The notes under the pieces were generated by a model. The model was not told where the DNA came from and searched no databases. It saw nothing but the letters and a program-made list of their open reading frames with translations. Shown piece after piece: positions 37,419-53,333 of a stretch of DNA of 64,000 nucleotides. A program made the position numbers and the translations under genes. Position 1 is the first letter of the stretch, and each line of letters begins with the position of its first letter. Source of the stretch: Octopus vulgaris (lineage: Eukaryota); contig OX597824.1 of assembly GCA_951406725.2 (NCBI GenBank), positions 53,320,001 through 53,384,000 of the forward strand. Reading direction: 5' to 3'.

Positions 37419-40400
37419 GTACGTATGTATGCGTACATATATAAACGTACTTATATGTGGAGATATTACCCATAAATATTTATGCATATACACGTAGATA
37501 TTTACGCATAAACATTAATGCATATACATATGTAGATATTTATACATATATTGGATAATATATGCATGAATATCACAAAAAAGATTTTCTTTCAAGTATT
37601 CTAACAAACTGGTTTTGGCTGCTGTTTCTAGCAAGCTGAGCATCTGTAAAACGACTTCCAACCTATTTTTCACAATTGCTGTTGTATTACCGAATCTGTC
37701 GTTGTCATCGTCTTCTATTTCATCACTGTCAACGTGATATCATTGTCGAGCATCATCATCGTTTTTGCCTTCCTTATTTACATTACTGTCTAAGTGTTTC
37801 TCAACCATTTTTCACCGGTGGAACCCTTAGATGCCTATTTTACTTGAATGGATCCACCTGGCCATTCCATGTTTTAAAATATTCTATTTTTATAATTGAA
37901 TATTTTTAGGAATAATGTTTTTAAAATGTTAAAATATTTTGTGTATTGTAGAAATATAACCAATTTATTGCAGATAATTTTTAGCAAGTAAAATCTTATA
38001 TGGACTCATAAGGACCATGCGGACCCCGGTTGAGAACCATTGCTCTATATTCCTTCATCATTGTTATCTTCTCTCTATGAGATGTAAATTATTCTGTTGT
38101 GTGACGTTGCTGGCAAAAATGAATTCGCTGTATACAGCAAAACTAGATAAGTTATGTCTCAATACAAAGACGACAGAGAGAACTGAACCTCTAAATTAAT
38201 CAATATGCAACAGTATCTGTTTAACTTTAGAGTACTTCATTAGCTTTTTTAGCGCCGAGTTCAAATTCTGCCTTGAGTGTGACCTAGAGACAAATATGTA
38301 GCTAAAACGTTTCCATGACGTGCATCAAGGATTAATTTGCCCTCCATAGTCTTCCTGGAGAACTGGAGTTGGGGAAACACTAGGGATTGAAACTCAATTG
38401 AATTTTACAAAACATTAACAGCGTATGTAAAGTGGTTTGAAGAGCAGAGTCGACACCATGGATTTCTCTGTGGGGCTTTACAAAATTATTAAACTAAATA
38501 TCAGTATTCTCATGTGATCAATTCCATCTTACAAATTTTGATATTTTGCCTTGACAAAATAAGTAATTCTATTCGCAAATATTACATTCGCAGAACTTCA
38601 TTTACTTTCTCCAGAGCCAAGTCTATAAAAACATATTTAAAATGTCGTGCTTAATCTCCCTGTGTAGACCAAGTGAGTATTTCATGATTATTACTATACT
38701 AACAAATGAGTAGATATCATTTGGTGAGGGGTCTTTTGTTTGTACACTGATTTTTCTGTATGATTTGTTATATTTTTACCGCAATTCCTTTTGTAAAATG
38801 TATGAAATGAATGTATCGTTATCAACATCGTCATCATAATCAGCTTTGTCATCGTCCTAGTCCTCGTCATAATCGTCATCATCATCGCTGTCGTTATTGT
38901 CGTTGTCGTCGTTGTCATCAGCAACATCGATATTATCATTGTTGTTGTCATTGTCTTCGTCACCGTCAAGTCTCGTCATCATCGTCGTCATTGTCCTTTT
39001 TGCCTTCCTTATTTACCACCTATATCATTACCTCTTCATTGTTATTACCTTTCCCCAATAAAATGTAAAACACTCAACCTTATTTTCGGTTAAAACACGT
39101 GATACGTTGACTTCTACCTTCGTTCTGTTTTAAGTTTCATAGCTTGGAATAAATCGGTCAGTGCCTTTTACCGACAATAAATTCCACAGAAACGGCTATG
39201 AAATTGTTATATATCACATCGGTCCTCTGACTTTGAATCTTCTTTTATCGATTCGCTTCCACAGGCTAAGCTAAGCTTGTTAAGTAGCTAACTAGTTTTA
39301 TAACCAAACAATAAGCCGACCAAGGAGAAAGTCAACGGTCGATATTTCTCTACCAAAACCATCACTAACAGCATCAGTAACATAACCACCACAGCTGCAA
39401 CTACAAAACAAAATGGTTGCTTATAAGAATGGAGTGTTGAAGGTTGATTTCTAACATGAAAGATATCAAACATTGCTAACCTCTGTTAAGAATTCACGCT
39501 ATTGGCTGCTCTTGAAATCCTTGACATAAGTTAAATGTCATCGGGAGATGTAAATTATTTTACGGCGTTCCGCGTCAACGAATGGCTGTAATATTACAGT
39601 ATGCTTCAGGTAACTTCTTTCTGTTATCTGAATTAGAAGAAATATATTCGAACACGTATGCGATAGTACATTATAAATTACGATCGATACCTATATAAAG
39701 TATGTGTAATTATTTTTGTGTTTTTCTTTCTGATTCGTTAAATATGCATTTTGAGGATATTACGAATAAAGCGTCGATAAATCGTCTTAATATCGTTTAG
39801 GATTGGAAAGGAGTTAGGATCACCATATTTTTCAGTGAGAGACAGGTTTCAAAAATTATTTTAACACACAGGGCTGTGTTTTAACTTTATGTTGCGTGTG
39901 TTGTACGTACGAAGTGTGTGTATATTAATTTATTTTTGAATAGTCACAAGACTGTATATTCTAAACCTAATTTTCTGTCATTCTAATTTTCTTTGCAAAG
40001 TTTATGGCACCAGAGACCCTTAACTCTTTGCTTAGTTTTTAAAAAACCGTGAATCTTAATTCAACTTCATTCTCTTCCGTTTCTCTGTTATTGTCCTGAG
40101 AAAGAACTCCGTTGTTGTTTGGAAGAAATTCTTGCTCTTCAGCTATATTCGCAGTTTTGTTTTCCTTTTCTCTGAGTTATTCCCCTTTTTCTCTTCATAT
40201 TTTCAGCGACCATTTGCGGTTTTTCTTCTCTAATTACTATTTCTTCTTCATTGCACGATGAAGATGCAGTGCTGCCATAGGACAGTTAACTGTCCTTTCT
40301 TCACTGTAACTTATTTGAATATTTGGGACATTTTCTATTAATTGTCCACTAAAGCATTCATTTTCCCCCTCTAGTTGATTTAGCAGAATGTTTTGATTTA

Positions 40401-40689
40401 TGGGGGGGGGTTCTACTATTGTAGTGTTTATTCTTGTTGCATATTTTGTGTGTGGTAGCCATTTTAGGTATACAAATGTAATGAGTGTAAATAAAATTGT
40501 AAAAGCTTATGAAAGAAACTCATTTTTCTAGCCCCGAGTATCGAAAACAGCCCTTCCTTAGGTAATTATAGTTCTCTTAACAAGTACTCCAATGAAGGAT
40601 ATCATGGATCGTGTTTCGAGGAGAGAATCAAAAATTCGTCTGTAAATAATGTGTGTCGTGGATCTCATGTATATTTTTTTATTAGTGTA

Positions 40690-41145
40690 TAAGATGGGCT
40701 ACAGCAAATATTCTGCTCAATACCATATAATTGCTTATTAGTTGCTTGACCTTAACCAGTTGAGCATGTCCCTTGATGGCTGACGATATGTGCACCTCTG
40801 ATCACGAACAGAAGTGTTTAAGGAACATCATAACCATGTGTTGAGAAGGCTTCTTTGGGGTTTGAATGATTCACCTCTGGAAACATGGGTGCTACGTCCT
40901 TAAACAACCCTTATTAATGGATCTTTTGAGCAGGATGGGCTACTCGACCTGGAGAAAGTTCTAGCTAGGACCAACTTGCAAGGTCACGCCCTGTTTATTT
41001 TGATATGAGGTCCCCATGTCGCGCTCATATGACTGTGATGCATGTGCCTGGTGTACCCTTATCGGACGGGTAATCATGCTGAATAAAATGGACTTCGTAT
41101 ATTTGTATCCCAGAATCACTTTGATGGCATGCACTGCTCTCTCTT
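40690..41145. repeat. Probable interspersed repeat, unclassified
   Basis: Compositionally distinct ~450-bp block; no second copy in the window. Confidence 0.3.
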
Positions 41146-41149
41146 TCAC

Positions 41150-41173
41150 AGTAGTAGTAGTAGTAGTAGCAGC

Positions 41174-41262
<89 letters not shown>
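41150..41262. repeat. (AGT)n microsatellite
   Basis: Direct observation. Confidence 0.98.
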
Positions 41263-41264
<2 letters not shown>

Positions 41265-43199
41265 AGCTAATGTTGGGGATTTATCCAGTCTTACGTTATA
41301 TCTTACGTATATAACAAATTGCCAGTCAGCTTAGTAACATCTACATATTATAAACGTAAATTTTTTAGTGGGAATATTTTTTTTTCTTTTTGTGCTACGT
41401 GATTGTAACTGCTGCTCTTTAAAACTTAAGACAGAGCTAAAAAAAAAAGGTAATGTATAAAGCTCATATATTTTAAAGATCTCCGCTATAGTTTGTGCAT
41501 ATTCTAAATACAACCAGAATGCAGGATCCCCGGTCAATATCATTCTTCTTTCTTTCGTCTTGTACTTGTTCATCTTGTGTTTTTTGTTCTTTCTTTTATC
41601 AGTTGCTTTCTTACGAAGACACATGTTGACAATGGGGAAGACATTAGAAGTTTAAGTAAAATGGATTCTCTTTAACATCGTATCAAAATTGAATTGTGAA
41701 TTTTTTGAACCTCTTGATAGCATACCTATTATGCAATAACGCTCATCGATGTACTTTGATTCATCAATTAATATGACATCATCACGGTATGAAGATTGAA
41801 ATTATCAGGTCGTATACTTCAGATACCAAAACATAGCCATTCTAGAACAGAATGAAAAAGAAAGAGATTATACGGCGCCGAACATTCAGAACTGACATGA
41901 GAAAGGCCAACATTACATGGGCCGTTGTCAAGATAATCGTAGCCAACAAAAGACGGAAGCACAAGAGGAACTGATACCGATACTTGCAAGGGACAAGTTA
42001 ACAGTGAACCAAGCTTAGAATCCATTTCCGATTCTCCATACATGTTAAGTCTCTATACACATTGCATTCTTTCAGAAAAGTATAAATATCACGCAGTTCT
42101 ATTTCTCCATCCTTGACATGTTGGATATTTATGTCTTGTAAAAAATAACACATGTGATTATTACTTTTATATGGGAGAGTACGTTCTCTGAGATAAGAAA
42201 ACCAAGAAATGCATTTATGTCTGTAACATAAGCCATTACAGCGACATGATATTGTTCCATCTCAACTACGTATTAAGCTCGTTAGAAGTTTAACTCGAAC
42301 CACCGACCCTTAGCATCCCAATGGTGAATACTTCTTTCAAAGCCATGGGTCTAACGGGACAATACGAGATTGCGTCACATAATTTCTAAAGAGAATTTGA
42401 GGTAGATAGGAAGCAAAAAATTATCCAAACCTGGCTGTATTTATTATACAAGTCAAAAATATTTATTTATAAAGAAAGGGGAAAATGGAAATTGAAGCTG
42501 GATATTATGATATTTCCGGTTCAGGGGCATGATTATAGTGAGCTAGTTATAACAGAAAATCAAAACCTACTCGATAAATTTGGTCCACTTGGTGCCTTGT
42601 ATTAGACACAAGATTTAGTTGCGTATTTTGGGCTTCTCAAGAAATGCAGTTATTGCATGAGTGAAGGAAAAACTGAACTGGAGGGAGGTAGATGTGATGG
42701 TCCATCGCAATGCAAGTTATCGATTACACTACAAATCGACATTCAGTTATTAATCCGAGAATATTTGGGAGACATAAATGCGTGTAAAAGAATGAAAACT
42801 TCATTCAGTTGGTCTTTGCTTGTGTGTGCTTGTCCGTGTACGCGCGTGTATATCTCTGTGCGTGTGTGTGAATTATTTTATTATTAACGATATATTTGAA
42901 CTCAAACAGGTGATTCTTGCAGTGAAATATAAACTCAGATGCTAAGGTTTTGATTGATCGATGCAAGAGATGTTAGAAAGAATGTTCCACTACATCAAGC
43001 AAAGAAGAGTAATAGTTTCACTTTGTATCAGTTTCCAACAGTGATTTACACATTAACTAGAATTTCAGTCCAGTCGATCGTTACTGTTATTATAGCAACA
43101 AGTGAAATATTGAACATAGAAATTTCTACAACGTGTTTGATTTATTTTTTGAGTGATTCTGCTTGGCAGAATTTTTTCAGAACGCACCACGTATCATAT

Positions 43200-43412
43200 A
43201 TTGGTCTCGAATTTTTGCGCAAGGCCAGCAATTTTGGGAGAGGAGGTAGTCGATTATATCGAGCCCAGTGCTTGACTAGTACTTATTTTCTCAACACCGA
43301 AAGGATGAATGGTAAAGTCGACTTCGGTGGAATTTGAACTCAGATCGTAAAGATGCACGAAGTGCCACTAAATATTTTGCCCAGCGTGCTTACGATTCTG
43401 CCAGCTCACCAT
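43200..43412 (-). mobile_element. tRNA-derived SINE (family of 63195)
   Basis: Reverse complement reads ggtgagctggcagaatcgtaagcacgctgggc..gagttcaaattccaccgaagtcgacttt..catcctttcgg. Confidence 0.75.
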
Positions 43413-43827
43413 CTTTCCATAAATATCAGATATTAAATGATAATAATCTGTCGAAGAGTTTTTCAAACACTTCATTAATTTTAGATATTTTCTTAAACTC
43501 GATAGTGATAATTGTTTTGTTTTTTTTTGTTTCTTCCTTTATGGCTCCTTTTGTCTGTTTTCATTTCAGTATCTCAATAAAAGAAGGGTTTTACTCCACT
43601 CAGCTGAATGACCATTTTGCTTTGTGCGAAAATCGGGTTGATTCTTACCTGAATGTTTCCTCTCTTTGAAAACATTGGTGTATTCTGTCTCGTGCAAAGA
43701 TCCTTATTTTTTTTTTTATAAAAGGAATATAATTATGTAATCCACATGGAGTTAATGATAATGAAATTCCAATTTCCTGCTATCATCAAAAATGCTTTGG
43801 TATTTAAATAGGGATAATTTTTTTTTT

Positions 43828-44000
43828 TATCTTTTATCTTATTTGTTTCAGTCATGAAGAATTTTTAGTTGAACGAATCGACCTCCAGTACATTTTTAAA
43901 CCTGGTACTTATTCTATCAATCACTTTTGCCAAACCACTAAGTTACGGGGACGTAAGCACACTAACACCGGTTGTCAAGTGGGAGAGGGGACAATCACAG

Positions 44001-44056
<56 letters not shown>

Positions 44057-44216
44057 CGGGCTTCTTTCAGTTTCCTTCTACCAAATTCACTCCCAAGGCT
44101 TTGGTCGACCCGAGGCTATAATAGGAAACACTTACGCAAGGTGCCAACAGTGGAACTGAACCCGTAACAATGTGGCTGGGAAGCAAGATTCTTATCACAC
44201 AGCCACGCCTGCACCT
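43828..44216 (-). mobile_element. tRNA-derived SINE (family of 25150)
   Basis: Collinear reverse-complement match to 25150-25572. Confidence 0.82.
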
Positions 44217-44949
44217 GTTAATAATAACTTTAAGCCAGCAATTTTTATGGAAGGGGCTTAGTCGATTTCATTGACCCTCGTACGTGACTTGCTCTTTATT
44301 TTGTCTACTCCAGATTACTTCAAATGATTATAAAGATTACACTGTTTCAATGCCAAAATTTGTATAATAGAAAGGTTATTTGATTAATTTAGCTCTAGAT
44401 ACTCCGAGGGATAAAAGCAAAACCAACCTCGATAGAACCTGAACCTGGAATATAAAGAAAACAAGCTATACAGTCCGACGTTCTGTGGTTTCCTCCAGTG
44501 CACAACCATTTACTATGACACCAATCGAAATAATATATGTCGCTTAGAATTTTAGAAGGAAACAGTGATGATTACTCAAATCACTTCTTCATGAAGTATT
44601 CCTGATATTATTAGTAAATTGATAAATGCTAAAGAATAAAGAGCTAAATTCCATGAGAATTGATTATCTGTTTTAGCTATTTCAATTTACTTAATACCGC
44701 AAATACTCTTGGAAAAGCATGAACGTCACAATTTCTATTTCTCTTGCTTTCAATGTGGTTGCTCACACATTAATGGATAATTTTGATTTCAAGAGATGAA
44801 TCAATTAAATCTATGCGTGATAAAACTACAACTATTCACATAAAACTACAACCACCCGAGTTGTAGGAGCGTGTATGTATGTATGCGCGAAAGCATGTGA
44901 ACATGAATGCATATATGCATGTATGTATGTATGTATGTATGTATGTATG

Positions 44950-44983
<34 letters not shown>

Positions 44984-46089
44984 TGTATGTATTTGTATTA
45001 TATAAATGAAAACACAACTTGTGAATTTTGTTTAGTTTTAATCAAGACGTTTTAATTGGATTTTGAAATAAATTAGCAAATGTGTTTTTTCGTATAATTT
45101 ATAATTAATGTTACATTTGATAATATCTGTAACGAAAATAATGCAAAAAATTATCAACTTCGAGGTTAACTCGGATGGAATTTAAAATTCCAAAGATTAC
45201 GGAATAGCGTGTCCATGGTAATGGTAAAAAATAATGTCCTTGCTTACAATAAACTCATATTAACGTACAACCTATAACTGAGTTAACATTGTTCAAATTT
45301 TCACCTAATTGATAATCACTTGTCAACAATTGGTTTTGTTGTTTTTGTTGTGTTTGTTGTTATGGTTCTTGTATTCATTTAATATTGTTTTCTTTTCTCT
45401 CGGCACTTTGGATCCGTACTTCAAAGACAAAAGAATCGCCGGAGTCCCTCCTCAAGACTGTTATTGATAGAGGTAAAGAGTATCGAAACCATTTCGTATA
45501 TTTGGTCCACCAGAAGTTTATCATTTATGCCACCGCAGTCGTTATTTTATGCGAATATTGGAGGTTTCCTTCAAGCGAATAATCTTAATTAGGAAATGTT
45601 CTTCCTTTCGCTTCAGTTTATATATTTCTAAAATGATGTGCATTAACAGCTTGAATCGGATTTTTTTTCTTTCAAATCTTGACTTTATCAAAAGCAAATT
45701 AATTATTTAGCTATGTGTCAAAAATGATTACAAGAAAGTATCTTTTTTCGTTTGTTTGTTTTTTATTGCTTCAACAAAAGAACGAATAGATTCTGTTTAT
45801 TTCTTTGAATATAAAATCTTCATTTCACCGACTATCATCGATTAATGTGATTATTTGCGATCTTGCTTTTACACAGTTAAATTTGAATTTTGGTTCTGAA
45901 AATCATTTGCCCCACATATTGCAAATAAAATAGGAATAATAGAACAAATATTAATTATCATGTATGTGTGTGTGCGTCTGTGTGTGTGAGTGGATATATG
46001 TGTGTTTGTGTGTGTATGTGTGGTGGGTATGGTTATGAAAGTGGCAGTTTGTTGTTGTTGTTAATGCAATCATGTTTTAACAAGCTGGA

Positions 46090-46640
46090 TCAGGAAGAAA
46101 GGAATGTGTCCATTACTCTTACAAATCCTCCAAGACTAAAGCGGTGGATATTATAAACGTCACTTTTGAAGCTTTGTAAGTCCACACCTGCAGCAAAGAT
46201 ATGAGCAGAAAAGGAAACCCAGGGAGCCGGCGTTCTGAAAAGGAACGTCTGGAATTAGTGATTAATGCAGGACTTGCGTTGTTTGACACAGCAAGGGTGA
46301 TGGGAAGAAGAGAAATGAAGTGCTTGAGTAGAGGTAGCATAAGCCCAGCCAGCACCGAGGTGCTGAGTCCATCATAGTAATGGTAGAAAAGGTAGATAGA
46401 GAATAAAACGTACTTGTGGGTCAGAAGCTAGAATATCTCTGTAAGTGACTTTAGGTCAATTAGACGGATGGCTCTTTTCGCGATGCATATGTGTGCATAG
46501 CTGAAGCAGCAGCAGTCCTACACTTGAGAGCAATACTCCAATATGAGTCGCACATTAGTTTTTTGTAGAATATGAATAATTGTTGAGGTATGAAGTAATT
46601 TCTGGCCCTGAAGAGAAAAGACACTTATTAGGATACAGTC
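46090..46640 (-). mobile_element. Degenerate CR1/Jockey-group LINE 3' fragment
   Basis: FLFRARNYF, VRLILEYCSQV*, LFYHYYDGLSTSVLAGLMLP, DLQSFKSDV. Confidence 0.65.
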
Positions 46641-46689
46641 ATAGTTAAGTTTAGAAAGTGCATTTGCTAAGAAATATCCTGTGATAGCG

Positions 46690-46998
46690 TTGTTGTTATT
46701 GTTTGTTCCTTCTCGAGCCATGCCTGGCTCATAAGGTTTGCCGGTTTTATTGGCGTGCAGGTTCCCCACCTAGACGGAACGTTGGTCCGTCACAGATGAG
46801 CTGCTAGATGCAGGAGGAAAGAGTGGGAGAAAGTTGTGGCGAAAGAGTCAGCAGAAGTTCGCCGTTACCTTCTGCTGCAGCCGCGTGGAGCTTAGGCGTT
46901 TTGCTCATAAACACACACATCGCCCGGTCTGAGATTCGAATCCACAATCCCTCGATCGCGAGTCTGCTGCTTTAACCACTAGGCCATGTGCATCCACC
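46690..46998 (-). mobile_element. Full-length tRNA-derived SINE (family of 34095)
   Basis: Head tggcctagtggttaaagcagcagactcgcg..ttcgaatct; (AAC)-rich tail. Confidence 0.8.
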
Positions 46999-47567
46999 TC
47001 AGTGATAGTGAGAGCCAACAACTGTAGCAAGTCTTAGATTTTGAGCGCTCTAGTTAAGTACTGTACGTGATTAAAATGGGGCAAAGGGTGAGTGTGTGTG
47101 CGTGTTTGCGTATGTGTGTGTGTTTGTGTGCCTCTGTGCGTGTGTGTGTGTTCGTGCGTGCGTGTGTGCGTCTGTCTGTCTGCCTGTGTCTATCTGTGTC
47201 TGTATCTGTCTGTTTGTGAATGTGTGCGCATGCGCGCGTGTTGTTTTTGCTGGGGCTTTTTTTTGCTATTGAAAGAAAAAAGATTGATATATCCCCATTG
47301 AAAGTTGCGAGTGGATGATGCATGATTGAAAACGGTTAGGGAGGAATGAAGGGTAGTATCATACGCTTAAGACTGAGGCAGAAAGAATTCCATCAGCACA
47401 TACAGCAATAGTGCGATTTAATAGGAAGCTACCGATTCAAGACATGGGGTACGGATAAGGCCCGTGAGTTAACGGTTATGATGAGAGATGGTGCATGCCA
47501 GATAATGGCTGACTTGCTTTTCAATTCATTACGTTTACATCATGTGTGCGTGTATATACAGTGTGTG

Positions 47568-47680
<113 letters not shown>

Positions 47681-47719
47681 AATGAAAGAGGGAAGGTGGA
47701 ATATGCGAAAATTTTTTAA

Positions 47720-47824
47720 TTCCGACAATTGTTTCGACACATCTAGCATCAATCCCTCATGGGTGGGACACTCAACAACTGGTTCAGGAGCATCCGGTGG
47801 TGCAGATGTATCTTGTCAGGTGAT
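47720..47824 (-). ncRNA. Degenerate hammerhead-like motif with long stem II insert
   Basis: CTGACAA-gatacatct..agatgtgtc-GAAAC-aatt-GTC; G8A change, weak stem I. Confidence 0.5.
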
Positions 47825-48833
47825 AAATAGATACAACTCATTAAAATAACTGTTCCGCAATGTAACCTCGTTTCGTAGAAAGAAAAACAGCCAGGCGGAG
47901 GAAATATCTTCATTTATATAGAAGATCAAAATTAGAATCACAGATGGGAAAAAAAGAGAAACCAACACGCAAAACAGCGAGAAATGTATTAAAAATAACC
48001 GTTAACAAATATGAATGTATAAATGCCCTCGGGCGAGCTGCATGGCACGATTACACTCGCTCATACAAGCATCCGCAAAAATGTGAGCATACGCACACGT
48101 AATATTTGGTACACTCATGATCACAAAGCGAGTTAACTATCTACTGGATGTTTGTAAGAATGGAGAGGTTAAAAGTAAACTTAAGTCATCCATATCTTAA
48201 GGTAAATTAAATTATATTAACGGTTACTCAAAATTCATTCCCACTGCATTGTGTGAAATTCTATTAATGATCATCTCGTAAGTCCACAAAATAGACAGGG
48301 ATTCCTCGGAGCAGAAACGGCATCTCCTGGAAATTATATTGTATGGTTTCGCGTACCTTACTATGGACCAAGTTATGCTGTACTTCATTTTATCCTCATT
48401 TATGTTCAGTATGTTCCCTGGTATGTGCGAGCTTTTCAGGAAATCCTGAAAAGCTCCACGTACCAGGGAACATAGGGAACTCCAGAACGGAGATTTTCGG
48501 GCCGTGCTTGCATTTCAGGAAATTCCTATTAGCGTTTTGGGAACCACATAATAACGATAATAGCGGTATTAGCGATATTTACACCACGGTTGGAAATTGA
48601 TTGCTGATGAAAGTGGGAGATAAGCCCTACCCTCACAGCCGACAGGTGGCGTAGCTGAAAGAGGACGACATAGCCGTAAGCCGATGACCACCAGAAGAGG
48701 GAGATAACCCCCATTGTTTATATCCGGTTCGTTTCCCCCTCCATACTTTAAAGAGACCATAGACCAACAAGTCTCAGGGTCTGATGATATGCCATAAAGA
48801 TACTCTTTATGCCTTCACCAGTAATAAATATAC

Positions 48834-48904
<71 letters not shown>

Positions 48905-51257
48905 TACACAGACACAAATATGTATGTATGTAATTGAGAGCAATTAACATTTTAATATTAATGTGCGAGATTATTCTTTCATTCGCATATTAGGATGTCT
49001 ATTTATATTCTGATTTTAATCTGGAAAATGCCACGGAAAAATTAGAGGACATCACTAAGCAGACAAACCCATGCGTTAATTATAAAATTAAGGTTGAATT
49101 TCTAGTGAAATACTTCTCAAGTCTTTAAATGCTATTGTTCTCCAAAAAAAGTACCCTTCTGTTAGTTTTGTCGCTATAAAACTCAATCCCAATTCAGAGA
49201 ATAAGTTTTACTTTATTCTTATTGATTCATGGGGTTTGGCTTAGTTTTCCAACTGAATCTGTGGTAAAATGGCAATTTTCTAGTCACTAAATGATAGATT
49301 AAAATATACAAAAATGGATATCATTTTGGCGTTTATATTGACATCAAAGAAGGAATGTTGAAGTCAAATTCAGTGGGTCCCAAGAGACTCTGAACTGTTT
49401 ACTTTAAATTACCTAAGAACGTTTTCTTTTTCATTTCTTTTATTATATGTTCAAAAGCAAACATTTTTTTAAAATCACTAGTTATATAAACCTACCAGCA
49501 CAAAGTATATCTGTCAACAAACAAAAATTATTTCTTCTAAGAACTAGACAGCATAAAGCATCGAATCTATCTGCTTCACAGTTACATGCTTTTTGAAATA
49601 TTGAACATTCATAGTGGCAATCTAAACAGCTTTATTATTTTCTTCACATCAATAACTTCTAATTTATAAAAGCATGCATTTGTTTTAACATATATCATTG
49701 CATTTAGTATTAACATTTACGTCACAAATTGTGCACAAATAAATTTATCAAAGCAAAATACTTTATAATCTTGCAATTTCTAATCGTTGATATATTTCGA
49801 AAATATTATCTATACAGGAGCACAATGCCAGAATCTTTTGAAATGCTGCGGGATTTATATTTAAAATAGAAGTAGAAATTGGAAAGTGGAACTTTTCATA
49901 TGAATATTAATGATGTCAGTGGAAAAAAATGACTTCCACTTGAAGTAGAAATCGGACCGGTAACTTAGATATTGCTCTACGAATTAACTGTAGGGTCCTT
50001 CAAATGAAATTGCCAACGAAAGAATAAAACACGAATTGAGTCAGTTCCGAGATGGGGATAGCAATAAACTGATCCATGTGATTGTATCCATTCTGGTAAT
50101 GCAAGTTAATCTTTTTCTGCTTTTGCTATATATCTGCCTTAACAGGCTCAGATCTGGAACATGCTGTTACATTCCACTGCACAGAGAGTATTTGAAAAAA
50201 TACCCCGAGTTAGCAGCTTAAATTTGACCCTCAGCTAAAAACATTGCATTTCATTTCGGTTGCTGGATGTTCAACGTTCAATGAATGAATCATAGACGGC
50301 AATGATTTCGCTTATTCCTATAAGATTATTAAACATCTTAAAGGCGAAACAGTAATGATTTATTAAAAGTAGTTTATGAGTGAATCGTTAGCTACTGAGG
50401 AGTTTACAGCTCTTAATTCAAAAATTCTCCAACGTGACGTTTTATCATTATCGGTTCGTTAAAATGCACTAAGTGGCTCTTCTTCATTTCATATGATGTA
50501 TCTAGGAATGGTCAATCTGGCAGGACCTGAATTGTTACAACGGAAAAGACTGAATTCATCACAGTCGCAAAATATTCCTTATATTACTGTACTCTCACGT
50601 CTGACGCCGGTGAGGGGGCTATATAATATTTGTACAATGTCCTTGAAGTTTTAGATACAGAATTACGCCGATATATATGACAATGTCTGAACAGCGAGCC
50701 TTCAGCTGACAATCTAGCTAACAATCTATTCAGCCAATGACTAAATAAGATTAAACAATATAATGGGGGTAACTGTCTAACTCCAGATACAATATGCTGA
50801 GTTTTAACATCATCAATAAATGGCTCGTTTTCTCGAACCTTCATAATACTAAGAGGAACAACAATGTGTTAACCTGCTTTTTGTGTAATGCAAATAAAGA
50901 AATAAACGGGTAGTAGTTACGGTAGTGGTGGCGGCGGAGGCAGTGGTAGGGACTTTGGTATTGATGAGAAATGAGATAATATGCAGGGAGAGAGAGAATG
51001 AGGGTGAAAGAAAAAAGCGAGAGGTGGAACTAGCAGAATCATTGAGACGAGAGAGAGAAAAAGTACGAGAGAATAAGAAAGAACGAAAGACGATTCTAAG
51101 TTTATGATGTCACTGCGCCTTTAGTTAGCTCATTCTTATATATCTTAAATATACCAACAGTGGATAACACTAGGCAGCCCAAAACGTGAATGTTTTTTAC
51201 TCAACACACTAATTGATATATACCCACTAGTCCCCACCAAAATTACATTTTATATAT

Positions 51258-51309
<52 letters not shown>

Positions 51310-51483
51310 GAGGATAAAACCTTTTTAAGAAAGTTTTATCAGTGACGAGCATATAAAATGAAACCAATTAAGGTGAAAAAATTATATGTAAGGGCTTAAA
51401 CATAAAATTTTCTACCCCATTTTCTAGACGATTTAATGTCTATTTCTCAGCATATAGGCTAGAAAATTTTCTTTCTAAGTCCT

Positions 51484-51586
<103 letters not shown>

Positions 51587-53333
51587 AGGAATGAATGTAA
51601 AAATGCATCACGCTGTATATATTATAGACAATTCAAAATTATCCACGAATATATCAGTGGCTAGAACAAGTAATCAAAAAATATTTCATAAAAGAAGAGT
51701 GCAATAATTGTGAAAGATCACAATTATAACAGAGATAGAAATAACTCTCAAGTTAAAAAAGGTGATAAGTGTATGACAAGGACTACAGCTTTCCGAGGTG
51801 TTTCCTAAAATATTCCGGTGGACGTTTACACCATGTAAGTAATCAAATGTTGCAAACAAAATACTATTTCAAAAGAAATTTTCATCTTCCTGAAGTAGAT
51901 AAATTGATTACTATATTCGATTGATTTTACTCCCCTCGTACAAAAGACAGAACCTTGCATGAAGCCATAAAAATTATTACCATTAACTAGGGTGAAGTGA
52001 TATGACAGAAACGGTGAATTCAGAATAAATGTCCTATAACGTCTAGTTTCATCGTTTTATATTCAAAGTTCAAATCCTCTAACATCGTTAAAATGAGTTC
52101 CAACCGTGGACTGGAGTCACTTCGATCGCCCTCTTCAACACTACTAATATATGGCCTGGAACTAAGTCAAATATTATCTGAGTGAACCAACACTAATTCA
52201 GATTGCTCATACTCAATTTGTATACGCTCAAACATTTATGGTGTTAAATTAACAGAAATAGTATGCCCCCACGCTAGATCATTACAAACTTATTATATAC
52301 ATACAGAATAACTATGTCGTTTAGTGATATCTTTTCAAGAAAGCTTTGAATAATTGTCTTTTCTAATAAAATGGCAACCAGATTTTTGTTGTTGTCGTTT
52401 ATTGGAGCTTTTGGTGTGTGAACCGACGGAATAGTTGGGGCTTTTACATCGAAAACAAATTAAAGTCATTTAACTACGGTTACATAAATAAGAAACATAA
52501 AAGAATTGGGAATAGAGATGATGATAATTAAGATGATGACGGCGACGACAAAGAGGAAGACGATGACGATGAGGACAAAGTGGTGCTGGTGGAGGGGGCG
52601 GTGCGCGGCGGCGTCGTTGGTAGTGGTGGTTACCATGATGATCATGATCATGCTGATCAAGATCATGACCAAGATCACCTGACCAAGATCATGATCGTGG
52701 CCACGATGAACATGAAAGAAAGAGAAAGAAAGACAAAGAATTAAAATAACAAAAGAACAACTTTAGCCATCTCTTTTGAAGCATTCATGGTTTATGGCTT
52801 CTTTTTAAAAGTCCCTGTTAACGATCTTCTAATGACAATTTGCAATGGATTCCAGTCTCTGCTTGACTGAAAGATTTTGGTCTTTTATTATCCTCTCTAA
52901 ACAATGATATTAGCATATTATATTCGACGGCTAGACTACCCGAAATGGTCTCATTAAAATAGAATCAGTCATCTGTTGACTAAAACGACGTCTGTAAGTA
53001 AATTTGAAATAGAATGATTTACTTTCAACTAAAAGTCAAACAAATCGCCATTGGTTGTTAGTCACGGAAATAACAGCATCACACGACAAACTGAACACTT
53101 GCAAGAAATTAGAAATCAAATAGCGAAGGTAAATATACAAGGTTAATTAAAGTAAAATTAGTATAAACAAATAATGGTACGTTGATGAGAAATGTGTGCT
53201 TAAATATATATATATATATATATATATATACCAGATATAAACACATAAATATATAAACCAGAGTAAACACATAAATGCGAAACAAGGTGGAAAAAAATAG
53301 TACTCAAATACCAGAGGTAGAGTAATATGCTTT

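Noticed and set aside
48150-48835. Possible solo LTR
   Set aside because: TG..CA ends and a TSD could not be established
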